NCBI GenBank assembly: GCA_964016885.1
Contig: OZ024743.1
Coordinates: 355,136,001 to 355,200,000, forward strand
Direction: 5' to 3'
Source: Eledone cirrhosa
Taxonomy: Eukaryota
Length of the DNA stretch: 64,000 nt
Positions 1 through 11,974 of the stretch are shown in pieces. Below the pieces are notes generated by a model, which ran no database searches, was not told the DNA's origin, and saw only the letters and a program-made list of their open reading frames with translations. The position numbers were made by a program, and so were the translations under genes. Position 1 is the stretch's first letter. Each line of letters opens with the position of its first letter.

Positions 1-864
1 TGCGAGTCCCTGTGAAAATTTTGTCGCGCCACTCCTGGCCCGACTGTGGTGTGACATTAATATCGACCTTCCTTCCTCTCTCTTTCTATCTTCCTTCTTG
101 TAGCTATCAACCATTACTCTTTTACTTCTCTAAGCTAAATTTTAAAGTTCCAACTTTCTGTCGGACTGTTGGGTGGGTTTTAATGGCGGCGCGACCAGCT
201 CCGTGGCGAACGAGCTCACCTAGAGTGCTTGGAAAAATAAATTTCCCCTTCTTTCAGTAAATGAAAATACTCGGCGTGGCTTAATTCGCCATGGGGCCTG
301 GGGCGCGGCCGTTGTTTTAACCGCCAAATAGTACCTTTAAATTACAGAACAAATCGGAACTATTATATAATTAATTGTTAAACTGTTGAACTTTAAATTT
401 TCTAACCTCTTTAATATTGAATATTGATTATTAAATGTTTTTAACTTCATCCTAGAAGTCTAAACACTGTAAAACACTGACTCCCAATATATCCATCCCC
501 GCTAAGATGCGGGTCCCTTTTGAACATTTTCTCGCGCCACTCCTGGCTTGACTGTGGTCTGACATTAATATCGACCTTTCTTCCTCTTCCTTTCTATCTT
601 CCTTCTTGTAGCCATCAACCCTCACTTTTCTACTTCTCTCCTCCTCCCTGCAGACTTATCTTCCTTCCCCCTCTTGCTTGCCTATATCTGACCAGTAGTA
701 GTTACCTTCCTCTTTTAGCTGACATTAACCCTGACTTCTCTTCTTCTTTCCTCCCCCTTCTTCTCCTTCCTTTCTTTCTTTCTTTTACCTTGTGTCATGG
801 GATCGACGTTAACCTATGCTCCCATCTCTTTCTGTTTTCGTTCATCTGACCGGTAGTAGCATAC

Positions 865-932
865 TATAAAATTTAGCCACGTCACTCCAGGGCGACCGGC
901 TGAGGTTGAAGGAACAGAATAGCGGTCGCCCT
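865..932 (+). promoter_or_regulatory. Putative TATA box followed by a 10-bp GC-rich hairpin, upstream of the hammerhead (repeated at +2784)
   Basis: TATAAAA at 865-871; AGGGCGACCG (889-898) pairs perfectly with CGGTCGCCCT (923-932); AATAAA at 1050-1055 right after the ribozyme motif, a layout like a Penelope pseudo-LTR. Confidence 0.35.
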
Positions 933-991
933 CGGGTCTCGATTTTCAGCCCCATGGATTTTACCTATTACATTCACGTATTATATTTCGA

Positions 992-1049
992 ATACCTGAT
1001 GATATCACCGGATTCATACGGAACCCGGTCATTGAAATGATCATAGTAT
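992..1049 (+). ncRNA. Type I hammerhead ribozyme motif with palindromic stem III (copy 1)
   Basis: Stem I ATAC(992-995)/GTAT(1046-1049); core CTGATGA 996-1002; stem II ACCGG-a-TTC atacg GAA-c-CCGGT; GAAA 1034-1037; stem III ATGATCAT palindrome; predicted cut after AUA at 1045. The base of stem II is an imperfect U.U pair. Confidence 0.72.
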
Positions 1050-3775
1050 AATAAACCTTTCAAGGATTTACACAAATCCAGCCTCCTGTCATTTCATTAT
1101 AATATTTAACTCCGTAATAGCACCACCAACTACAAAAACAAAGACGGTTGAACTGCTTTACGTTGAGTACTCTCTATATTGTTGCATTACGATTGACCAT
1201 ACGGAATAGACCAGCTCTATACAGTGGTGAACCTCAAACCTGAATAAATAACGCTCCTGAAATGTTGAGCACTTCAAAATGTAATAATCAACAGCGGCAT
1301 GGGACTGAATATCTCTAACCACAATTCGAACTTTGGCTACCCGGTGCTTTCGCCTGGCCCTTTGCTACTCCCCTCACAGAATATCCGAACCTCGACGAAA
1401 CTCCACGGACTGGACCATAACATGTATTGTACTGCACTGAATTAACTAAATGGCTACCCTATACTTCTGGGCATGTATAACTCACACTGAACTCCCAGAC
1501 TCGAACACGCACTGTTTCCACATCTATATGCATTATCGGACTGCAACTTGAACTATATTGTATTTCTCCTGTGTCTTGAACTCTCCATTTAATAGACAAC
1601 GACTCTTGTTTGTTTATTTATATCTTTACATCTTTATTTGCTGTATTAATGCTCCTCCACGTATTCTACCTCTATACATCCATGTACTTTCTACTTCCCT
1701 TATTCGGACTTTTACTCGCGTGTACCCTCAGCACACGTCACTGGAATATTTCCCCCTGGGAACATAAATACCGCAACCCGAACTATATTGTATTTCTCCT
1801 GTCTCTTGAACTCTACATTTACTAGACAACGACTATTGTTTGTTTATCTATATCTTCACATCTTTGTTTGCTGTATTAATGTCCTGATTTCTCCATCTTA
1901 CTCCAACACCACTCTTGTTGGTTTATTTACATGTTTATACCTATATATTGATATGTTTATATATTTATACCTCTGCTGTACCAATGTGCTCTTCCACGTA
2001 TTCCACTTCTATGTATCCATGTATTTCTACCCCTCACATTGGGACCTGTACCCATTAGCTCTTCCACGTATTCCACTTCTATGTATCCATGTATTTCTAC
2101 TCCTCACATTGGGACCTGTACCCATTAGCACACGACACTAGAATGTCTCCTCCTGAGAACAAAAATTAAACATTACACGACTATATCCCGTACTCTACAT
2201 CCCACTAGGATAAATTACAGATCTACATAATACAATTAACGTTTCTTCATAAAAGACTATTTAATTAAACCCCGCAACCCAAAACCTCATAGAAGTTATT
2301 TGAATGTCTAATCTTCAATTTTCCGTTTGTTCAATTCTCAATCCTCTTACTCCTTAGTTTCATAATGTTATTCTGAATTCTTTCAACTTCATCCGATAGA
2401 GTTAAGCAAAATTCTAAAGTTCCAACTTTCTGTCGGACCGTTGGGTGGGTTTTGGCGGCGGCGCGACCAGCTCCCTGGCGAACGGGCTCACCTGGAGTGC
2501 TTGGAAAAATAAATTCCCCTTCTTTCAGTAAATGAAAATACTCGGCGTGGCTTAATTAGCCATGGGGCCTGGGACGCGGCCGGTGTTTTAACCGCCAAAT
2601 AGTACCTTTAAATTACGGAACAAATCGGAACTATTATATATATCAACCTGAAACTGTTGAGCTTTAAGTTTTCTAACCTCTTTAATATGGAATATTGATT
2701 ATTAATTTATTAATTTTTTAACTTCATCCTATAAGTCTAAACATTGTAACACACTGACCCCCAATATATTCACCTCTGCTAAGATGCGAGTCCCTGTGAA
2801 AATTTTGTCGCGCCACTCCTGGCCCGACTGTGGTGTGACATTAATATCGACCTTCCTTCCTCTCTCTTTCTATCTTCCTTCTTGTAGCTATCAACCATTA
2901 CTCTTTTACTTCTCTAAGCTAAATTTTAAAGTTCCAACTTTCTGTCGGACTGTTGGGTGGGTTTTAATGGCGGCGCGACCAGCTCCGTGGCGAACGAGCT
3001 CACCTAGAGTGCTTGGAAAAATAAATTTCCCCTTCTTTCAGTAAATGAAAATACTCGGCGTGGCTTAATTCGCCATGGGGCCTGGGGCGCGGCCGTTGTT
3101 TTAACCGCCAAATAGTACCTTTAAATTACAGAACAAATCGGAACTATTATATAATTAATTGTTAAACTGTTGAACTTTAAATTTTCTAACCTCTTTAATA
3201 TTGAATATTGATTATTAAATGTTTTTAACTTCATCCTAGAAGTCTAAACACTGTAAAACACTGACTCCCAATATATCCATCTCCGCTAAGATGCGGGTCC
3301 CTTTTGAAAATTTTCTCGCGCCACTCCTGGCTTGACTGTGGTCTGACATTAATATCGACCTTTCTTCCTCTTCCTTTCTATCTTCCTTCTTGTAGCCATC
3401 AACCCTCACTTTTCTACTTCTCTCCTCCTCCCTGCAGACTTATCTTCCTTCCCCCTCTTGCTTGCCTATATCTGACCAGTAGTAGTTACCTTCCTCTTTT
3501 AGCTGACATTAACCCTGACTTCTCTTCTTCTTTCCTCCCCCTTCTTCTCCTTCCTTTCTTTCTTTCTTTTACCTTGTGTCATGGGATCGACGTTAACCTA
3601 TGCTCCCATCTCTTTCTGTTTTCGTTCATCTGACCGGTAGTAGCATACTATAAAATTTAGCCACGTCACTCCAGGGCGACCGGCTGAGGTTGAAGGAACA
3701 GAATAGCGGTCGCCCTCGGGTCTCGATTTTCAGCCCCATGGATTTTACCTATTACATTCACGTATTATATTTCGA

Positions 3776-3833
3776 ATACCTGATGATATCACCGGATTCA
3801 TACGGAACCCGGTCATTGAAATGATCATAGTAT
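3776..3833 (+). ncRNA. Type I hammerhead ribozyme motif (copy 2, identical)
   Basis: Same sequence as 992-1049, shifted by 2,784. Confidence 0.72.
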
Positions 3834-3887
3834 AATAAACCTTTCAAGGATTTACACAAATCCAGCCTCCTGTCATTTCATTATAAT

Positions 3888-3925
<38 letters not shown>

Positions 3926-3931
3926 GTATAA

Positions 3932-3992
<61 letters not shown>

Positions 3993-4004
3993 CACACACA
4001 GATT

Positions 4005-4038
<34 letters not shown>

Positions 4039-4218
4039 AATATATATATGTACAAATATATATATACATATAAATTAAAGTATAGAAATTGTTGTGAGCG
4101 TGAATCCAACAGTATTTCATAATATATATATACATATATATATGTAGACACATATATATATATGTAAGTATAAATAAATATATATATATACATATATATA
4201 TATATACACACACACACA

Positions 4219-4289
<71 letters not shown>

Positions 4290-4492
4290 GTGTGTGTATA
4301 TATATATATATATATTTATATGCGAGTGTGTAGGTGAGAGGGAAAGTTTGTGTGTTCATGCATATACAAGTTTAAATATAAATATTTCGTCAATGTATAT
4401 CGATATGAATTATACATATACATAAGTGTGCATATATCATGGTGTTTTTGATAATTCCTACATTATTCACCATTATATATATATAAATGCAT

Positions 4493-4553
<61 letters not shown>

Positions 4554-4656
4554 AATATCCACAAATAAACATAAATGTATATACATATAGGAATACACAC
4601 ACACATATATATTATATATATATATGTATCTATATCTATATCTATATCTATCTATA

Positions 4657-4731
<75 letters not shown>

Positions 4732-4826
4732 ACACACATATATTTATACATATATACATATATATATATTCTCATATAAACATATACATGTATATACATA
4801 CAGGAATACAAACACATATATTTAAA

Positions 4827-4897
<71 letters not shown>
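3888..4897. repeat. Compound (TA)n/(CA)n/(TC)n microsatellite region
   Basis: Seen directly; the ORFs here are YIYI/CVCV artefacts. Confidence 0.95.
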
Positions 4898-4900
<3 letters not shown>

Positions 4901-5519
4901 GAGAGCACATTTACAAATAACACAAGACACTATGTTTTGGGCAGCTTTTATTCACTGAACCAATGAAAATCTGATTACTTTTCTACTCTTAATCAGATTT
5001 CTTCCGTCTCAAACCCCAAAGCTAAAATATTTCATATTTGTTTAACTATTATTTGTTTACCTCTTCTATACTTTTTCTCTTGTATTCTTTTACTTCCACC
5101 TAGAAAAAAGATTAAGATTAAAAATCAAACAATTGAACCGTATTTGATCCTATTTTAAAGTTTTCGTATAACTTTCTACATTTTTGAAACTTTAAATTTT
5201 GAACTTTTACTAAAGAAGCGTAGATTTCTGTAAATAAATATTGAAAATGAAGTGTCAGTAAGAAAGCATGAGTGAAAGAGTTGGGTGGGGAGTATAGAGG
5301 AGAAGAAAAATACCAAAAAAATGAACGCAACTGCATCCGTAAAATGGAGTTAAGATATTAAGGTCATGTGAGAACGGCATTATCGTCGACCCAGTACTAT
5401 TTTTGCTTAGTCACCGGCATAATGATCAGGTCAGTCCATTGCTTCTTCACTTCGTCATCTTAAAACCTAATCGATCATTGTTGTCAGTGATTCTTTGTTC
5501 ATACACATACATACACACA

Positions 5520-5583
5520 CTTATATATGTGTGTGAGTATGTGTGTGTATATTTATATATTTATATATACCCTTATATATATG

Positions 5584-5627
<44 letters not shown>

Positions 5628-5757
5628 TGTATATTTATATATTTTATATATGCATATATATGTATATATATATATATATACAGATATATATATATATATA
5701 ATATATATATATATAAAACTTAATATTATTTTACCGCTTAAATGCATATGCATATGC

Positions 5758-5844
<87 letters not shown>

Positions 5845-5878
5845 TCTGTGTTTGTGTGTGTGTGTGCATATGTATATA
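5520..5878. repeat. (TA)n/(TG)n microsatellite
   Basis: Seen directly. Confidence 0.95.
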
Positions 5879-6672
5879 AGTTTGCCTCTTCAGATAAGTA
5901 GAAAATATATTCAGTATACGTAGTGTATATTTTTGGTATGTATATTTCGTTGCATAACTATATTTAGTTCTTTGCTTGCGTGCGTTTCTTCAAGCGGCAT
6001 AACAACAACAATCAGCATTGTTTTTCCTTCAATTTGCTACGATATCTATTCCCATAGTTTGCTAAACACAATAAATTATAATGATTTGGCCGGGTAATGT
6101 CTTCCTAGACTGAGGAGATGAAAACCAACCTTATACTCATGTATAAATTTACATCATGCATAAGGCGATCCCAGTTTAAAAAAAAAAATTTTGTAAAAAT
6201 AATGATTTAATTTTTTTCATATAGCTCGTTGATAATTCGATCCTAGCTTTTAAGCAATGCTGGTAAGCTTATCTTCGTCGAGGATTTCACTTCTACATGA
6301 GACGCATGTTTTAACATTTAAAAAAATGTATCCCGTAAATACAACTACTAGAATTAAAATTTATTTATTCGGGCCTGTGTAATCATCATTTACTATATAT
6401 TACGGTACGTTTCAAAATATTTTAAGAGAATATAACAGAGAGGAATAAAGTAGAATACATGTAAAGAATAAAATAAATAAAAATAAATATAAATATATAT
6501 AAAAGAACAAAAGAAGACTGAATAAGGATCACAACTAAAGCCTATATGGTGTACGTTTCAGAAAATAAAAAAAAATTGGGGGATTTGTCACGTCGATATT
6601 CCAACGATGTAAACACATACGAACGAAAATTCACGCTAATTCGAGAAAGGAAAAAGCTACCATTAATTATTC

Positions 6673-6849
6673 GGGGATTGGCGGTATCAGTAGGTCGGAC
6701 GCCATGCTTTCCAGCATAGTTACGTCCCTTTACGGTCTGAGTTCAAATCCCGCCAAGGTTAACTTTGCCTTTCATCCTTACCGGGTAGATAAAATAAAGT
6801 ACCAGTAATGCACTGGTTTATTGCTGGTCTTGTGCCAAAAGTAGAAACA
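6673..6849 (+). mobile_element. tRNA-derived SINE (family S1; Meta-like central domain, Tx1-like tail)
   Basis: A-box-like TGGCGGTATCAG, B-box GAGTTCAAATCC, central AACTTTGCCTTTCATCCTT..GATAAAATAAAGTACC; 11-bp target-site duplication ATTAATTATTC at 6662-6672 and 6850-6860. Confidence 0.9.
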
Positions 6850-7544
6850 ATTAATTATTCATTCATCTATATTTGTAGACTTTAAGCAGTAGATATAGTG
6901 AATTGTGTTCTTCTCTTCATGTAATATCAGAAGAAAAAAAATCAAGGTTATATGAGGCAGGTCAAAGGAGTTTAACATTACTGTTCAGGTTAGCCAACAG
7001 TAGAGTACCAGATAGCTAATGTTCACTGAAAATGCTTGAACATTAATCCCCCCGAACAAGTATCTGTTTATTGAGTGATCCCCACATTTTTACGTAATCA
7101 TAAAAGCTCGCACTAAACTCAAATGTATACTGTGATTATTAAATATTATAACAAAAATGTTATAATGGTAGTTATCCTGCACCTTGAATCGTGCTTTTTA
7201 TTCAACTAAACACCCACGCTGATGCAACCGAAACGTATGTCATAATTATCGCTGATTTCACCCTGATATCGATGTTACTTCGAATCTTTGAGATGCAACA
7301 CCAGCATGCCATGTGTGCTTTCAAATTGGTTTATTTTAAAGAGGTATATTTCGTCCTATATGCTTTCCATTGTAGAATACTTTTCATTCTTCAATTTCTA
7401 TTGTCACGCAGAAGCAATTGATTATATAGTCCCTTTAAATTATAATGCCTATCTTCCTATTAGAACCTACAAACTTGAAATTTACAAACCAACGAGGAAA
7501 GGGGTATATGGGATTATTAAATTTACTTAACAATTATTTGGTTG

Positions 7545-7660
7545 GTCCCTAGTTCAATCCCATTGCGCAACATCATTGGCAAGTGTTTTATTAGCTTGAG
7601 TCAATTCTAAAATCGTGAGCACAATTGGGTAGACGGAAACTGTGAAGCCCGTCATGTGGA
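7545..7660 (+). mobile_element. Degraded tRNA-derived SINE fragment
   Basis: B-box-like AGTTCAATCC, CORE-like GGCAAGTG, tail-like GTAGACGGAAACTGTGAAGCCCGTC. Confidence 0.45.
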
Positions 7661-7699
7661 CTCTTCCGTATTTTAGGGTGGTAGATTTAAAGAAATGGC

Positions 7700-8230
7700 T
7701 GGTTGAATAACCTTACCTGCCCACTGGGTACATTTAGTAAAATCCAAATGTTGCAAGCATTTTGAGTAGGTCTTCGATTGCCTGCCTCTTTTTCTTCCAT
7801 CCACTATGGAAGACTTTCAAACACATCATGTACTAAAACTGAAGATATAAGAAAAGATGAGATGCTCCCGACTGGAAAACTTTGGATCATAACTCTGCTC
7901 GGTTACCTCAACCCTGGAGAGAAACAACAACAGCTTAATAACTAGAGATTTAAGAAATATACTACTTTAATTGCGATACAGTAATCTAGATTACCCAAAG
8001 GAATATGCTGATGCAATTTTTATGATCGGCTCGGAAGACAATCTGACCAGTTCTGAACTCATTATCAGACATTCGCCAATGCTCCGGAAACAAGAGTTAG
8101 TGAATATAGAAATATAAATAGACTGAGTGTTGGAGTAGCCAATAAGTTGATATTGCAGAAAAAATGAACCCGGTATAGAACCACAACTTACTCTGTAAAT
8201 TGATATGCTAAAATTTGAGGTTAGAAATTC
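7700..8230 (+). mobile_element. Possible highly decayed RTE-like LINE fragment
   Basis: Weak resemblance to an RTE 5'UTR/endonuclease region; no open frame. Confidence 0.25.
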
Positions 8231-8611
8231 ATATTAAAAAAAGTAAACATGAAATAAATATTTAATTTAAATGTATTCGACCAGCTTTGAAACCCGAAGA
8301 GAAAAGTTGCCCCAAGATAAATGAATAATCAATTCGGTGGTAAAACACTAATTGTGGAATAGAGTCAGAAATGGAAAGTAATCCTGGATTTTGACGTTGA
8401 ACATTCAGTTATCTAAGTGACCTGATGCCTAACTCATGAAATAACGTGTACGTGGTTGAATATTTCACAGACTCGCAAACCCTTGATGTAATTTCCAAGA
8501 CAAATGAGTATGGCATAATATGTGAACAATTTGGACATTCTAATTACAGGTACAATCCTTTGGTTTCTACATATTTTAGTATCCGAAGCTTGACTCTAAA
8601 GCCTAAAAAGT

Positions 8612-8886
8612 GGAGGCACGTGGCCTAGTGATAAGGGTGTCATAATGTCGAGGGTTCGATTCCTGCGCTGGGTTGCGTGTGGTGTTCTTGAGCAAACACA
8701 CTTCATTTCACGTTACTCCAGTATACTCAGCTAAAAATGTGTATCAGCAATAGTTGGGGGTTTAACCCTGCTATGGACTGGCGTCCTATCCAGGGGAATG
8801 TCTTGTATTCTCAGTCACTTCACGGCATGAAACCGGGATAAGCAACGGCCTAACGAATATCCTGGCATAAGGCAGACTTTAGATTT
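8612..8886 (+). mobile_element. tRNA-derived SINE with CORE-like and V-like domains
   Basis: A-box TGGCCTAGTG, B-box GGTTCGATTCC, CORE-like TTCTTGAGCAAACACACTT, V-domain-like CCCTGCTATGGACTGGCGTCCTATCCAGGG. Confidence 0.75.
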
Positions 8887-10199
8887 AGCTTGACTCACGC
8901 GGCTTGAGTTGACACGATGCTATGGTAAAGACACTTACCCAAGATACCACTCGTTCACGCTTCCGTCTATTATAATAAATACAAACGCAACGGATTGCTA
9001 TGTTTATAGTACTTGGAGGAAGCTAATGTTTATAGTACTCGGAGTCTTAAACATTTTTTAGATAACGCGATCTCATCTATAAGTGGCTTTAATAATACAT
9101 GATAGGATGAAGATTCGCAGGGATGTATTCTGCATAAAAAAACAGATAGTTACGTCAGTGCTAACGTACTTAATGTAAAGACACAAGAAATAACAGAAAT
9201 GAAGAGAAATAACTCCATTATGTTTAACACTGGTCACGGAAGGTAGGGGAGAGTAACACAAAATGTAAAACAAAAATAAATTACAAAATAGTATGTGATT
9301 ATACAGTAGAGTTTGATCCCAACTTCCACACTAAGTTGACAGCTCAGACATGTTTCCATGTTATTAGATCTCTCCAGCTGACTGTAATCTTACCTTGTAG
9401 TGTTAGATCTTCAGTATCGACTTAATTACTACCTTTTCATACGCAAGGTATCAATGGGTATTTGGCTATTCTCTTACGATCCAAACCTACAAATGCCTAT
9501 TCACGAACATTCAGTATATATATGGACTTGACTGACGTGATAGTTGCAGGAAGGCAACACAAGTTGACATATATCAGTTAGCCTAATCAACACGCAATGA
9601 TATATGTAATGGTTCGCCGTTTCAGTGTAACAATTATTAAATCGATTTTGAAAGAACTGTGAACAGAGGGCATAGACAACGTATATATTTCGGAGACAAA
9701 ATTACAACAAAAATACACTTCGCTGAAGAGGTTCAGTCTGATGGAAAAGCACATGATTTGTTATCATACATAAAATTATAAACACCATCCCCCATTGTAT
9801 TTTGCAATTAATTTAAAATATTCTAGTTATGGCCGACTCTCCACTTGTCATTAATCACTAAGCCAATGTTTTTATGATCTTCTCATTGTAGATTTGAATT
9901 TGAATAGTTGAAAATGTTTGTTTCATTACAAGTATGACTGTGCCAAATTAACTATCTGGTTTTTATGCAGAAGACAACTCTGTGTAATATTACCCAGTCA
10001 AGCTGCGTGTATGTGTGTGTGTTTTTAATTTTCTGAACGTGTGGTGTATTCAGTTTCAAAACGTTGGCTTATTGCAAAGCATAAACATAATGTTACGCAT
10101 ATTGAAACACACGCTAATTGTAGACCTCTCCCAATATTTACAAGGAAAAAATTATTGAGTTTGTGGTAAACAATGTATATTAATAAGTAAAAACATATT

Positions 10200-10359
10200 G
10201 TACATATACATACATACATACAAACTTGCATACATACATACATACATACATACATACATACATACATACATACATACATACATACATACATACATACATA
10301 CATACATGATGGCTGCCTCCTCGTTATCGAGTATGGCCATTGCACGAGAAGAAAAAAAA

Positions 10360-10390
<31 letters not shown>

Positions 10391-10437
10391 TACATACATA
10401 CATACATACATACATACATACATACATACATACATAC
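10200..10437 (-). mobile_element. Isolated RTE-type 3' tail (type C, ~10305-10352) between (CATA)n and (TAA)n tracts
   Basis: Reverse complement matches 39100-39145 and resembles 22015-22061; stem-loop CTCG-ATAA-CGAG followed by (TATG)n. Confidence 0.75.
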
Positions 10438-10747
10438 AGACGCTTATACCAACACATATATCTCTTCAAGTGTGTCCAGAAAGACTGAAGAAAATGATTT
10501 TCTCTTACACTCTGCTAGTGAATAGTAAGTAGTAGGGTTGTGTTCATGCGTTTTGTTTATCTCTAGAAGACTTCCTCCTAGAAATGAATCACAGCATGTC
10601 AAAGACTTGATGGAAAGACTTGTTTAGAAATCATATGTCAAAGGAGTAATTATCTTGATTATCTAGTTGTAAACACCGTGTCATTGGGAGTATGTAACAC
10701 GCACATATGTATGTAGGTAGTATGTATATATTTATATATATATATAT

Positions 10748-10784
10748 ATGATTATTATTCTATATGTTTATATGTATATATGTA

Positions 10785-10843
<59 letters not shown>

Positions 10844-11028
10844 GTATGTGTATGTATATGTTTATGTATATATATAATATATATATATGATTATTATTCT
10901 ATATGTTTATATGTATATATGTATATATGTATATATGTATATATATATACATATGTATGTGTATGTATATGTTTATGTATATATATAATATAAATATATA
11001 TGATTATTATTCTATATGTATATATGTA

Positions 11029-11084
<56 letters not shown>

Positions 11085-11133
11085 CATATGTATGTGTATG
11101 TATATGTTTATGTATATATATAATATATATATA
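10748..11133. repeat. Three-copy TA-rich minisatellite (~113-140 bp units)
   Basis: ATGATTATTATTCTATATG recurs at 10748, 10887 and 11000. Confidence 0.85.
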
Positions 11134-11281
11134 TGCGTGTGAGTGTATGTGTGTGTGTGTGTGTGCATGTACGCGATGGTGTGTTTAAGTGTTAAGTGTT
11201 TGTGTTTAGATATTTAGTGCACCTCTGTATAACAAGTAAAACATTTTATACATACTTGCCACATACATACATACATACATA

Positions 11282-11879
11282 CATGGTGGCTGCCAACTCG
11301 TTTTCGAGTACGGCCACTACTTTATATCCATGTAGGAGAACCCCTACCGATGCGCTAAACAAGTGTGGATTTTTTGTCCAGCCAGCGACTTGAAAACTCT
11401 GGTACAAACACTACACCTGTGACAATAATTGACACATACTGCTGGGCCCATGGCACTATGTGACAACAAGTGCAGAGAGATCTCCAGATATAAAGCCATG
11501 CCTGTGCCGTGAAGCTTTTATAGTGAGCAAAGACACTGCACAAAGCCAGTCCCACTCTCTTAACCAAGATGATATTTACCAAAAAGAAGAACAAGTCAAC
11601 ATCATTGGATACCATCAGGGTTGCAGGTGTTATATCAGAGTTTTCCTTCTCCGAGAATTCTGCCTTGACAAAGGCTAAGGGATCATCTCTCCCGCTGATT
11701 TTGGATGGCCATTGACAACTAAGAGCTCCTGTGCCCTTTGACAGTTTTTTTTTTAGTCCTGCAGGATGTCCAAAGTCACCCTCCTCACCAAGAAACCTTG
11801 GTGGGGTTGCCAGTTTAGTCGCCAACGACCCGACCATGGGACAGGTTGTACTGGGATACATGTTACCAGTAGCACCAAC
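11282..11879 (-). mobile_element. Non-autonomous bipartite RTE-derived element, type A
   Basis: Reverse complement of the 27632/28541/45701 copies; retains a C2H2 remnant and a CTCG-AAAA-CGAG tail stem; (CATA)n on the tail side. Confidence 0.9.
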
Positions 11880-11974
11880 ATAGACATATATATATCTATA
11901 TACATACACACACACAGACATAGATGCCTGTCTACACACATACATACACATGTATATATATACATGGTTGTTTT

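Larger units (their letters stand above)
1..3887 (+). repeat. Tandem array with a 2,784-bp unit (one full unit plus 1,103 bp of the next; may continue upstream of the window); non-coding, probably a non-autonomous Penelope-like/retrozyme-type element
   Basis: 1-1103 recurs at 2785-3887 with only about 2 substitutions seen. Internal sub-duplications: 143-507 ~ 2415-2784, 1-130 ~ 509-640, 1550-1650 ~ 1780-1881, and a ~70-bp duplication around 1990-2130. The array ends in (TA)n. Confidence 0.93.

Noticed and set aside
1-2784. rDNA, 5S, snRNA or histone repeat unit
   Set aside because: I recognised no rRNA, 5S, U snRNA or histone sequence on either strand.
12-3633. ORFs in the tandem unit (12-260, 520-849, 1788-2141 and their copies)
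   Set aside because: Pyrimidine-rich low-complexity frames, mostly with non-ATG starts and no recognisable domain.
11355-11951. 198-aa ORF recurring in type A elements (GATGNMYPSTTC..)
   Set aside because: The frame is broken at different places in other copies and its start comes from flanking microsatellite.
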